From Callorhinchus milii (lineage: Eukaryota), in NCBI RefSeq assembly GCF_018977255.1, contig NW_024704743.1, forward strand, positions 88,910,001-88,974,000: DNA of 64,000 nucleotides, in the 5' to 3' direction. This document shows, one piece after another, positions 49,683 to 62,760 of this stretch. Made by a program: the position numbers and the translations under genes. The notes beneath the pieces are model-generated. The model was not told the DNA's origin. It worked only from the letters and a program-made list of their open reading frames with translations, and ran no database searches. Within the stretch, counting starts at the first letter, position 1. Every line of letters begins with the position of its first letter.

Positions 49683-50571
49683 TGTTAGAATCATAATAGA
49701 TGTTGTGAATGGGTTAACTTTTAACTTAAGTGTGGGGCGCAACTGGACTGATAGTCATGGGATAGGACACATCCGGTTTTCTCTGTTTTTGAAAGAATAA
49801 CAGGACAGCTTTGAAAAGGGCAGGGGGTCACCTCTTATCAGTAAATGACAACACACTCACAGAGATAACGGTCCAAGGTACCGGTCGACACAGGATCTCG
49901 ACTTAGCAATACGTCACTAGATTCTGACAGGGCCTGCCAAGCGACAGAAGGCAACCCTCAAGAATAGCAAATAATGAGCAGGTTGCTTAAACTAGAGGAC
50001 CTTAGTACCATCCCGGGATACTGATAAGAAATGACCAGTCACTTAAAAGGAATGTACTAATAATCTCACCTCACAAAATAACAAGCATCAGATAACAGGG
50101 GTCTTAAGGACATTGTGTATGTGTGTGAGGCACGTACACCCCATGAGGTGTTCACGTGAACTCAGCATGATTTTGACCAGGTGATCTAATGTCCGCACCA
50201 TGATTGGATGAACATCGGTATAAGAGTTCCGATATCTTTGTGTACGGGACCGTCCCGGGTCGCGGAGACAAGTGTACAGGAGATGGGGCCATCGCGGAGA
50301 CAAGGATATGGGAGATGAGGCCATCCCAGGCTGCGGAGACAAGGGTACGGGAGATGGAAGACTGAGAGCTAGAAACACTAAGACTGAGGATATCAGATGG
50401 AAGATTGAAAGCTGTAAGCAAGAAGACTGAAAGCATGAAGAATCAAGCTTGTGTGCTGTAAAGACACAGTGTTGAACTCGAGATATCTACGGTGGTATTG
50501 TTCTGTTATAAGATCTGTTGATTGTATCGGCCTTTGGTCTGACCCATCGGGATATTGGGGAATAGCGAACA
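49683..50571 (+). mobile_element. Probable solo LTR
   Basis: CpG-rich block in an AT-rich intron; TGTT..AACA termini; flanks tataa/aataa; TATAA near 50218; internal tandem repeats. Left boundary uncertain. Confidence 0.5.
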
Positions 50572-50947
50572 AATAATAATAAAACAGTCAGATATCTGGT
50601 TGCAAACGGATTATGGCTGATTTTATTTTCTAACAGTAGTAAAATGGTTAGAAACATATTTGGCTTCATAACATTTGAGCCTTTTTTTAATGAACCTTTT
50701 ATAATGGCAAGTCTAATGCTGATATCAATTGCACTACCTGGGAAGTAGGCGATATTATTCATATTATTCACCAACCCTCTTAAATATTGCTGCTGCAGAT
50801 TCTCTGGTTGTTTTTTGCTGGAGGCAATCCCTATCACTACCTCATATTCAGCTTCAACTATTTGCCAGTGAAAACTGCTCGTGCAAGAAATGCAATAAGA
50901 AATATGGTTAGAGCAGAGAATATGGCGACCAAACCGAAGGGACTTAC

Positions 50948-51014
50948 CTATAATTACGACTGGCACTGTTAGTGAGTGGCGCTGAGGTAGCGAGGTTTCC
51001 TCCAGGAGTGGCAT
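50948..51014 (-). CDS. OSGIN2: OSGIN2 first coding segment (exon probably 50948-51110)
   Basis: MPLLEETSLPQRHSLTVPVVII G|gtaagt (human MPLVEETSLL..FPVVIIG); acceptor tccctcttag at 51111-51120; another in-frame ATG at 51074. Confidence 0.9.
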
Positions 51015-51824
51015 TGTTCTTACATCTGTTTTTACATGCACAGGAACAGACAAATTTGAGTTGTATTCATTCATTGTATATACACAAATTTCAATCTCAA
51101 ACACTTGAGACTAAGAGGGAGTAAATAAGATGCCTCCCTTACTGTTTGTTTTTTAACCAAGTTACAATGCCTAAACATTCGATCAAAACGCAAAAAGCTA
51201 TAATTTGTTTTCTCAATCCCTGCGCTCAAGTAATAATTGAAACCATTATACAGCCAATACATTGTTGAGTCATGTGCTCAGTAGTGACTGAGTGGATGAA
51301 TCCAATTCAGTTATATTGCTGCTGCACAAGAGGAACAACAAAGGTTTTGGAGATTGAGTAGGTCAGTGAGATCCAAGTATATGGCTCACGTTGAGAAAAA
51401 CACACACCAGCATAGATTTAATGGGCTGAAAGCCCTGTTTTCTGTCCAGTAACATCCTGGAGGACAAACCTGTGGTGTTCCTTAATTTGTTCCTTGTGTT
51501 AATTAACACATAAGAAAAAGAAATAAGGATAAGAAATACCAGTAAATATATTTCTAATTTCTTATTGGGCACCACCATTGTTGAGAAAAGACCTATACTG
51601 AGTCCTCAGCTCCAAGCCTCCAATTGTCCACAGCCACTTCACCCAGTCAGCGAGCCACTTGCTGGTAATTAAAACACGAAAATAACTTTAGATGGTCAGT
51701 TTCCTGGTTTAGGCTGGAAATGTGGTTGTAACTCCATATGAGGAGTTTGAAACTCAGAGGATTCCCCGAGTTAGCCCCAATTAGATATGTATTGAGGAGT
51801 ACTGCAGGATAGTGTTTGGGAACG

Positions 51825-52160
51825 CACTTCACAAGCGAAAGGACCTGGATTTGATTCCCGGTCAGGGAAAAACCTTTGGCAGGTTTCCTTAATTCACATG
51901 TCTCTGTTTACCTAGCAGTAAGTTGGAATTGGTTAATAGTCAATTGGCAGATCGCTTTCCGGAGATAATAATTCCTTAAAAAAAATGAATAATTTGGTCA
52001 TTCAATCCACGACTGTTTGTGCGTAATTGGCTGCCGCAACTTGCCCACAAAATACAGTCAATTCACTTTACAGTATAGTTTGTGGAGAGCTTTGAAACAT
52101 CTCAAGAACGTGATAAGGCACTATATCAAATTCAAGGATTATTATAATTATTATTATTAT
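51825..52160 (+). mobile_element. tRNA-Ala-like SINE, long subfamily
   Basis: Core tctgtttacctagcagtaag and shared tail. Confidence 0.82.
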
Positions 52161-53100
52161 GAAGGAAGAGAGGAAGTTAAGTCTGTTTTACTTGGAAAAT
52201 AGAAGATTTGAGAGTTCCCTAAACAATAGTTTCCATGATTGGTATGTGACTACCAAAGGTAGGCAATGGACAGCTTGAGCAAATTGTTCAATTGCAGTGA
52301 AGGTTTCATATATGGACATAGTTAAACGATTAAGAATGTATGTGTAAGGGAAGTCAAGAAAGCTTTTGTGTACAAAGTAATAGAGATATCATACATACCT
52401 GTGATGATTATTGAAGTTGATAGTGCATATGGGTTCAATATGTCTTTGGAGAGAAAAAGAGGTGAGAGATTATTGGTGTAAAAAGGCTAGGTGGTGTTGA
52501 GAATCATAAAGAGAGATTTCCTGACTAAATAGTCTTTTACGATTGCTCAAACGAGTTGGAAAAATGTGGTTTGAAAATATTGAATCTATTATGAACCATG
52601 ACCTTTTTATCCCTCCCTTATGTTTCTTTGGGCAAAAAGAGATGCCTAGCTCGTACATAGGTTTGGTTTCCTAGCACCGATACATGTCTGCCTGGATTGA
52701 CAGCATTTCTCTGAGAGTGATCATGATCTTGACTGTGGAGCTGAAAGAGGCGTGTGGAGAAAGGAGTTCACTGCCGTAACCTTGGCTTGGTCCTGGCTAC
52801 GCTGAGTTAACAGATCTCAGTCAATACAGCAGGTAGGGCATTATAATTGGTCACAGTGACGAAGGAGGTTTGACTCAGAAGGGGGTGGGGATTGGGGGGT
52901 GAATTAGTCAAAGTTCATACACCCAATTATTTTCCAGTGATTGTTTCTGGAATGTGATGTTCCTGTGATCAAGTAGCATGACCAACACTCTATTGTGTGG
53001 GTTCACACATGAATAATAATTGGGTGAGGTACTGGAGGACTGCCGATGCTTGTGAAAGATGAGTTAACGCCTTCTGGACACCAGGGAAGATAATTGGATG

Positions 53101-53506
53101 AATAATAATAAATAATAATCCTTGCACTTGATTCAGCACCTATTCACGTCATCGTAGGTCTCAAAGCGCTTCACAGAAATATACTGCAAAGTGGTTTTCA
53201 CTGTATATATTGTGGGCGAATTGTGACGGCCAGTTATGCATAGTAATGTCCCACGAAAATGACCAATTTTATTTGGGGGATTGTTGGCCAGGACACCAGG
53301 AGAAGCTCCCTTCTCTTTTCTTTAATATCCACCAACAGGCAAATAGTCCAGAGTTTAACCGAAGGACGGCACCTCCGACAATGTAGTACACCCCAGCAAT
53401 CCATTGGAGTGTCAGCTTAGACTATGCGATTCCAGGTCCCAACATGTGGCTTGAACTCACAACCTTCTGACTCAAGTGAGAATGCTACCACTGAGCCAGG
53501 CTGACA
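53101..53506 (-). mobile_element. Deu-domain SINE
   Basis: Tail, ccaggacaccaggag, ggcacctccgacaatg, head ending ctgagccaggctgaca. Confidence 0.85.
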
Positions 53507-54291
53507 CACTGACTAAAGTGAAGAAGCTGTTAAAAATTTGTTCTAAAATTGAAAAAACGTTAGAGATACCAGCCTCCATTTTAACAGGATCGGATGCTCT
53601 CTCTTGCATTTAGTAATGAGGTACAAGTCTCCTTTGGGAGGGAGATTGGTTAATGCAAACAATAGCATTGGGTTGAGGTTTTATATTGTTTTTTTATAAA
53701 GCAATTGCTTGCTGGGTTTCAACACATGACTGTACCCACTTACATGATTCTAGTTGCTCCAGAACCGTATCATTGCTTCATTTTTTTGCCAATTATCAAT
53801 GGGTTTATCATGTTCTTATAAGGTAATTGGCCTGATATGTCTGGAATAATAGAATGTTTAAACAATGGTCATTGTCTGTGGATATGTAATAAAGTTCGCC
53901 GTGCCTAAACTAAATTACATGACCATTTAGATTTCCACATCATCCTCAACTTCCAACTTTTAAGGTGGAACATTGCTAAAATGTCTTGTGTGAAAATCAA
54001 TGGAAAGTGACTCTCCAGTGAGATTGATTTGCACTGAAATTTTGAAGCCTGGAGACAAAGAACATAAGAAACATGGAGAAAAAAATTGCACAATGTTCTA
54101 TTATGCCAGCCCCTATGTTGGAGGTGACTGGCTTTGCTGTCCTTTTCCTTCTCCCCCAGCCATAGTGCACAGTAGTGCAACTAATTTCTTGAGCAATACA
54201 GGCTGTCCAGTTCAATGTTCCAAGCTGTGAGACAATGCATTCTGTGGCACAGCTCATTTGAAAATAAATGCGGGTCATTTGCTAATCTAAA

Positions 54292-54653
54292 ATAATAATC
54301 CTTGCATTTGGTATAATATCTTATCACAGCATCTAGATGTCCCAAAACACTTCACAGGATATGACAATGACTGTAGTTATAAGTCAATATGGTAGCCAAT
54401 TTGTGCTTAGCAGCATCCCACAGATAGCCATGATATAAATGACCAATTTTTATCTGGAACTCCTTTTTTTTGGAATAGTGTCATAGGATGTTTAACGTCT
54501 GAACAGACACCGATGGGACTATGGTTTAACGTCTCATTGAAAGAAATGGACTCTGGCAATGGAGCACTCCCCAGCACAGTTCTGGAGTGTCAGCCTAGAA
54601 CCCACAACCTTCTGACTCAGGAGTGAGAGCGCTACCAACTGAGACAGGTTGGC
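54292..54653 (-). mobile_element. Deu-domain SINE
   Basis: Same architecture as 53101-53506. Confidence 0.8.
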
Positions 54654-57600
54654 ACTTTAAAATCTAATCTGAATGCATTATGCATGGAGTATGCCTCAAA
54701 ATAAGAAAATATCAATGATATTTTAGGCCTTCAGCCTTACAACATGTAACTAGCCCTACTCCCTCCTTCAACTGTGGGTTTCTTAGTACTATGTCATTTC
54801 AATACTCCATCACTCTAAGAAAGCATGTACAACTTTTACAACCGTGTTTAAAAATAAAAACAATCCATCAAAGCAATATTTACACTTTGACCACTTCCAG
54901 TCAGCTGTCATTTTCCCACAAAAACCTAACTTTAATCTGATTCATCAGTGTCTAAACCTTTTAAATGCACAATTTCAAGGTCTCATTGTCCACTAACAAT
55001 AAACCTCTTCTGTTACATGGCCATGTGCTCAGCAATCCTTTTATTTATTCCACCAATTATGTTGCAGAGCCTGGCACTGTGACAGCTACACATCGACTGC
55101 TCGGGGCTCCTGCTTTGTAGTGTTAGTTCTACTTTCCAGTTGAATCTTTAAATAGAGCATTGTTGCCTGGAGGTAACATGAGGTTGACTAGATTTTCTTG
55201 ATTGACTGACTGTAAACACAGTGTGAACCAAGGCATTATCTAAAGCCAAGGATCAAAATGGTCTGTGCTGTGGTTAACTCTTTGATGGTTGCAATAGCTT
55301 GTTTGCAAAAAGATGAAGTATGTGACATTCTGATACTGATTTGCTTTGGTTTATTCCAAGAATGTTACCAATTGAGGAGTATCCTTCACTCGGATCATAC
55401 AGATCATACAAATAAGGTATGAGAGGTGTTGGTTAAAAGGAGAGAGTAGAGAAGCTGTGGCTGTTTTCATTGGAATAGAAAAGGTTGAGAAGAGACCTGA
55501 TAAAGGCAATCAAAATAATGAGAGGTTTTGATAAGATAACTAGGGTGAATCTATTTCCATTGGTCAGTGAATCAGAAACTAGAGGGGGGTAATTCAAGAT
55601 AATCGCCTTGTATTACACACAGAAGATTATGGCAGAGAGAATTAATTGCATGGCACTATTTGAAAAGCAAAATGAATTTCTCCCGATGTTCTGCCCAACA
55701 ATTGTTCCAGGTAATTCCCTTCATGGCTATTTGCAAGACATTGCTTTGCACAAATTGACTCTGCGTTTGCCTACAAAAGTGACTACACTTTATTAGTGAA
55801 TTATGTGAAGAGCTTTGAGACATCCTCCTCACGATTATGTGCATTATATCAAATGCAAGAATTTTCATTATTATTAGGAAATGGAATATCCTACTGAAAA
55901 TGGTAGCTGAAGCAGAATCCATAATTGTTTTTAAAAGGTAGCTGCAATATATTTGAAAAAAGACAAAAGGACTAAATGGATAGCTTTTTTAGAGAGTTGG
56001 CACAGGCATAATGGGATTACTGGCTTCCTTTCTGCTATTAAATTCTATACTTCTATGATTCTGTGCTGGACATTCCGCTAATTTTAGTTCACTGCCAAGG
56101 GACAAGTTATCTCTCCCAGATAGTACTGACACTATAGAATCAATTGCCTTAGCACCAAGCTTCTTTTGCTGCTGCAGCATAACATCAAACACTGTCATGA
56201 TCACATCTCCGGCTCCACCACATTAGCCTTTAGACTTCCTTCTGACATTCAATTGGCCACGCAAATGACCATTAAGCCTTTTTTTAAAAAAATCTCAATT
56301 AGAAGCTTCCCCCCCCCCCCCCCCCATTCTGGATCTTAACCACTGGTCAGAATAATATTTTAGGATTAAATTAACATATAATAAAATTAGAATGATAAAT
56401 AAGTGATTAAAAATGATGAAGAAGATAGAATGGGGACAAAATAAAGCAGAAATAAAGGTATGCAATTTAAGAAAAAATCCTTTAAAAATATTAAACAGTA
56501 AAAGAAAAGATAATAGTAAACAACAGAAAGTTATTTAACACCAACTGTGTCAGCAATTATCACAAGATTAAGAAGGAAAAGCTGGTAAGATCCAAGCTAA
56601 AGAATGTACTTGCTCCAAAGGCAAGCAGGAATATTTTATGACAACTCTTTAGATGTAATAATATGTATGGGTAAGATACAGACAAACTGAGTAGGGTTAA
56701 CTCTAGCCTATGTCCCGTGTGTAGAGTGCCTACATGACTAATAAAATATTGGTTATAAGAAATGGCTCAAATCACCAAACCTCTGAGACACTTTTAGGTC
56801 AGCTACTGAGTCCCTGACCACACTAATTGTCCCACAAATGATGCAGAGATGCAGTTGTATCCATGTATAATGGCTGAAACTAAATGAGAGCCAAATTGGT
56901 ACAACTGTACTGTCAAAGGGAGAAAAAAGAGGTAATGCAAGACTGTGTGTTGTAGATAGAGGAGCTGCTGAACTTCAAGGGAGATAGCTCAATCACTGGG
57001 TGAGCAATCCAAATTCAGTCACTTTCACATCCAGTTTGACTGGGCTAGGGAAGATTGATGTTTTTTCATTATCTGCACTACCCCAGAAATGCTCCAGAGA
57101 GATTTATGCTATTGAAAAGTGAATATATTTTGCCTGAGTAATCCTTCTGCACACTTGGGAATGGCTAGACTTCCCTTATCATGTCATATCATATATTATC
57201 ATGTCCTTCCCCACCTTGTTTATTTTATACTGTAATAATATATGATTAATATTTGATATTGATATCGGTTTTATTAATATAGTTTAATATTTTTTGTTTC
57301 ACTATCATACTGTGATCTGAAAGCTGAGGGGGGAGTGGGTGGCTCATTTTTCTCATATTCATGTCCCTCATTATTACTACATTGAATTGCATGACATGAG
57401 AGATCTATTGCTATATCCAGATTTAATAGGGGGCGCCAGACCTTGGATTCTTTGCTATTCTAAATGACATAGTGTTCTAGGTTTCTCATTAATTGCATTC
57501 AATATATTGAAATGGAATTCATATAACTATTAAATGCATACAATAAACAGCTCATATTTGACTATTATTCCCAAACTAGGGTTATATATGATACAAACAA

Positions 57601-57667
57601 AATGGTTAAAAGATAGTTTGACATGAATAAAATGAAAAGTTCACAGGAGGCAATGCAACTGACCTAC

Positions 57668-57920
57668 CTGATCAGATTGGATTTCAGTTGCTTCTGTGTT
57701 TGTGAAGGGTCAGGGCTGCCCATCCATCAGGACATTAAGCACAGCCCATCCTGTATAACAAGGTCGCTTTAGTGCCTGTTCTGTGGGGAGATGAGAAGCT
57801 CAGTAGGATTTTTGCACTGAAACTTGATTTCTTCCAATTTTCTGCCTCTGCCGTGGCAGTGACAGGGGGAGAGGCGGAGTCCTGATGTAATTCCTGCCAC
57901 ATTTCCACTATTTAAAGTCT
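57668..57920 (-). promoter_or_regulatory. Candidate OSGIN2 upstream (5'UTR) exon and promoter
   Basis: CAG|gtaggt donor at 57667; locally GC-richer unique sequence with a GC box-like motif (57871-57880), TGATGTAAT (57883-57891) and a TTTAAATA element. Confidence 0.3.
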
Positions 57921-60900
57921 TCGAACGAGTGACACGAAATTAAAGAAAGCCCAGGGCTGACTGTGAGCTGCTCACACATCTCTATCTGTGTCTGCATCGA
58001 GCAGCCAGGACACAGCGACACGCAGCAGCTCTCATCAGAGCAGAGCGGGGGATAGCATTACAGCAATCAATACAGCATTGGCATCTGTAACCACCAGGTC
58101 CCACCGCTCCCACTGATCAACTGAGATACAAGGGGTTTGCGGCTGTTACAACCATCAATATTTCATCGGCAACTGGACTGTTGGTCCCACATGAGGATAT
58201 GCAATTGTAGAGAACTCCTTAACCTCACACTTAAACACACTACGTGCGGATAACTAGCAACCTCTCCCCACCCAATATATGGTGGAGGGTGGAGGGTCAT
58301 GCAGTATTTCCTTCATTTTGGAATCAAAAAGGTTAAAGGTTTGTCAAGCACTTTTTCAAGATGTATTTAACAGAAAACTTTATACCTTCATGAGGGCGAA
58401 AGGTATTGTGGAGGAGTATAGGAAAGGTGGGAGTATAAACTGTGTGGAGTATAAACACTGGCACAAAATAGTTGGGCTGAATGATCTATTCCCACACTAT
58501 CACTGTATGCCTATGCAATGGCCCTTTAAGTGTGTCTAAATTTAACACCAACTTGATGCAGTTATGTGATCTGTCACATCCATTGCAGCTACAACTAATT
58601 GGCTACAGTTAGTTTGAAACTTCAATATATTTTTAGCAGCACATCACAGAAAGATTAGACTGCCAATATATTAGAGCATGTCCTTAGCACAAACTTGGCA
58701 TCCATTAGCACTAAATTGGCAAACTCAGAGAGGCACAATGGAAGTAATAATAACAATTTTACTGTAGTATAGAACCTTTCAAATTCAGAGGACATCCCAA
58801 AGCCTTTCACAGACTAAATTGTAAATGGAGTGACTGTGTGTTTTGTGGACAAACATAACAGCCAATTTGCACACGGCAGTGTCCCACAAACAACCATGAA
58901 GTGAATGACCGATTTTATTTAGAGGATTGTTAGTTAGGATCCAGAGATTTTTTTACCCAGAGAGTTGTTACGGTCTGGAATGCAATGCCTTAAATGTGGA
59001 ATCAGATTCTATAGTAGCTTTCAAAAATGAATTGGATAGGTACTTGAAAAGGAAAAATTTGCAAGGCTATGGGGTAAGAGCGGAGACTGGCATTTTCCTC
59101 AGGTTTATTTTTTGTGCCCTTTGAGGCCATTTTCTTTACACCACAGCTGTGACTCCTGTGCAACAGGCACAAAACCATGGAGAAAATGTATTTGAAAGTT
59201 GTGATTAATAGTCATTTCACAGCACGGAATCAGTCATCACTGTGTGGAATTGATGTCTATTTCTACCTCATGTTGCACTTTGCATTTATAAAACAGATGA
59301 TGCACAGCAGAAACAATATAATAATAATCCTTGCATTTCATGATGAAAGGACATCTCAAAGCACTTCACTGGATTTAGTGTAAAAGTGACTTTTGTAGAC
59401 AAAACTCTACACAAACATTACTTGATATCAAAAATATCTATTTGGGTTTATCTCTATTCTATGCTTACGGTTAAAAGTGGTGAATGTGTGTCTGTATTAA
59501 GGTGAGGGATAGGAATAGTGGGATAATTATTATTGATTATTATTAATTTACCTCTTTCAACGTCCACCTCAGGACTGTGCTATTGTCCATCTTTTTCCTC
59601 CCCTATCCCCCCACCCTCATGCCCCCACCTCCAGCTCGGTTCGGGTACATACCTTAGACTGTCCAGTGCCTTGGGGTATTCTGCCAGTATGAAAGATATT
59701 ATATAAATCTAAATTTGTATTATTTTGTATACAATGAAGATTGTTCCTCTCTTGGTATCCATGAGGTGAAATTCCAGTGTTCAGGACAAGGTAGCATTGG
59801 TGGCAGAGTTGGTGGGGTGGGGGGGTGACACACCCTGCCTGCCCAGTTATTGCTCGTAGACAGCATTTATTGATGATAAATCTAATGTTCATTATATCGT
59901 AAGTTGCACTTTTCACTCAAAGTTTCTTCTGGCTGTAAGGGTCTTAAGCAAAATTAGTTTGTTCATTTCCAAACCCATAACTATAAAGTGTGGGCTGCAA
60001 TACAAACAGCACCTAATTTTGCAGTAAATTAGCAATATTATTCATTAACACTGCTTGGATGGATTTCTTTGTTAACAACCTAGGAGGAAGAGTCAAGGAT
60101 CTTCCTGCTGAATATTATTAAGGTTGAAACGATGAGCAGAGAAAACAAGATAAGTCAAGAAGTAGTGGTTAAGCTGCGTCAAGGTTCAGATTTAATATAA
60201 AACTGAAGACAGGCATGACATAGTTTGTTAGGTAGAGGGAGCTTTACTCTGCTTCAAATTGTGCTGTGCCTGAGCATGAACCTTTGATGTCTGTTCTTCC
60301 TATCACTGTGAAGTAGAATTCATCAAGTGTTCAATTGCTTACTCACCAATAGGGAAAAATGAGTTGAGTTTAGACCATCACCAGACAGGCTAGTTTTAAA
60401 ATATTGATGATTTGCTGTTACAATAGTAATCCTTCTTGGTACAACAGATGCTGCTTGAAATGGAAAAGTGTTCCATTCTCCAGTGCTAACAGCCCTCACC
60501 TTGAGCACAGACTGTCCTCCTGGAAAATAACTTACTTGCAATTGAAATGTGAGATGGGTGACATTAACGTGTCTGACTGTGTAAATATCAAGTTGCATTT
60601 TCTTTTGTGGGTTTAAATCTAATATTATTGCTGACTGCCATGAAGTAAAAAAAATAATTCTTGCAATAACACCTTATCCCATTGTTGAAACAACTGAAAG
60701 CACTTTACAGGATTTTACTGTGAAGTGTAGTGACTTTATTTGTAGTTAATGCAACAGCAAATTTGGAGATTATTAGCCAGGAGACTGGGAGAAACTCCTT
60801 TCGCTTTTCAAATAGTGACATGAGATTCTTAATTTCCACCTTCGTTGGGGGTGTGTGGGATGTGTGGGTATACGACAACAGTAAGCGGGGTTTTCTTGGA

Positions 60901-61046
60901 GCTGAAGGTGATGTGTTGACAAGGGAATGTTGGAATTGAACCAAATCTTTTTGGTAGTCCATTTCCTGAGCCAGATGGATCCAGAGTACTCCAGGGCACT
61001 GCTGATGACAGACCAGCCAGCCTGATCGTAAGTAGGGAAGACCAAT

Positions 61047-61449
61047 AATAATAATAATCCTTGCATTTGATATAGCGCTTTTCGCGTCGGGAGGACGTCC
61101 CAAAGCGCTCCACAGAACACACTGTAATAATAATAATAATAATCCTTGCATTTGATATAGCGCTTTTCGCGTCGGGAGGACGTCCCAAAGCGCTCCACAG
61201 AACACACTGTAAAGTGAATTGACTGTATATTTTTTGTGGGCGAACGTGGCAGCCAATTGCGCACAGCAATGTCCCACAAACAGTCATAGATTGAAAATGA
61301 CCAATTTATTATTGTTTTTGGTTTTGGAGGGATTATTATTAGGCGTGTGGAGTAAGGAAACTTGCCCAAGGTTTCGCCCTGCCCGGAATTGAACTCAGGT
61401 CTCTCGCTTGCAAAGCGAGTGCTCTAACCACTGAGCTACAGGACTTCAC
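61047..61449 (-). mobile_element. tRNA-Ala-like SINE, short subfamily, with duplicated 3' tail
   Basis: Full head; tail present twice; CAAT flanks; splits the unclassified element at 60840-61760. Confidence 0.92.
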
Positions 61450-62307
61450 AATCATTGGGGGCAGGAATTCTTTCCACTCAGCTTCTGTTAACCCTGCAAG
61501 TCAAAGCCCTAACAGGTAATGTGGTCTTAGCTGGACAAGCAGTTGGAAAGCATGTCAGGCAGTGCTCTCAAGGGTTTAAGTTGGTGAAATTCCAGTAGGA
61601 CTCCAACGCACACTCTGAGGTCCCCAAGCCTTGTCCCTTGCCAACCTGCGCTTAATTCTCTGTGGAGTTAGATAAGCATGATACATCCCTCCAGGGAGAA
61701 AGTGTATGTTCCATTCCAAACACAGGAATTTCCATGTGTAAGTGGAATACATGAAACTCCCAGTTTGGTTTTGAATACTCTTAAGCATTGATGCATGTGT
61801 CAGACAGCTGGATGACGAAAAGCAAAGTCCATCTTAACGGGCATCCCACATCCACGAAAAATCAGTAAGGTTAAGCAAGTCGGTAGCGAGGAGGCGTTGG
61901 TTGAAACAATGGGGTCATGTGTGTACATGTGGAAATAAACCCCATGTTTCAATTATGTTGTCAAGGTGGAGAATGTAGCTGAAGTAAGTGAAGACACCAA
62001 GGATAGAGCTTAGAGGTAGATGACAGGTAACCATGTGAGGGCGAGAGAGAAATTTGAAGAAACAAATGCTCGGTTCACACTGGACACTGCAAATTTACAT
62101 TAACATAAAATCGTCAACCTGTGTAAATTTTACCTCATGATCTTTCATGTACAAATCCTGCTATGTCATTTTGATCCCTTATCATCATCCAGTCTTCATT
62201 GCACTCGGTATCAAAACACAGTATCTTCCATAACCATTGTTCCAATGTCAATATAGGCTCAAGATATCAATATCCTGATTTCCTCGTGCATTCTGAAAAT
62301 TTATAAT

Positions 62308-62760
62308 ATCAGCCTGGTTCAATGGTAGCCCTCTCGCCTCTGTGTTAGAATGTTGTAGGTTCAACTCCCAGATCGGGACTTGGAATCACATAGTCTAAGC
62401 TGACACTCCATTGCAGTGTTGGGGGATGTGTGGGAGGGTGGGGTGTGTCGCATTTTCAGAGGTCCCATTTGCCTGTTCAGGTTGATGTTAAAGATCCCAT
62501 GGCACTATTCAAAAAGAGTAAGGGGTTACTCCCAGTGTCCTGTCAAAAATACCCCAAATGATAAAATTAGTCACTCACTCCATGGCTGTTTGTGGGACTT
62601 TGCTGGGCACAACTGGCTGCTGCATTTTGCCCACAAAATACACAATCAAATCATATTATAATATATCCTGTGAGTCAAATCACTTTACAGTATATCACTT
62701 TGAGGTGTATCAATGATGAGGGCCTATGTCAAGTGCAAGGATTATTATTATTCTTATTAC
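62308..62760 (+). mobile_element. Deu-domain SINE
   Basis: tcagcctggttcaatggtagc head; aagatcccatggcactattc core; tail. Confidence 0.82.

Noticed and set aside
50487..51104. 205-aa ORF as an independent gene
   Set aside because: Only the OSGIN2 exon part is homologous; the rest is read-through past a canonical gtaagt donor.
51254..51290. NRF2 antioxidant response element near OSGIN2 exon
   Set aside because: TGAGTCA (AP-1) is present at 51266-51272 but the ARE-defining GC is missing; a single short motif is not supportable.
58640..58740. LF-SINE remnant
   Set aside because: Only faint recalled similarity; cannot be supported without an alignment.
60705..61369. Overlapping 150-200 aa minus-strand ORFs
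   Set aside because: Translations of a SINE with a duplicated tail; the same peptides recur at other SINE copies.
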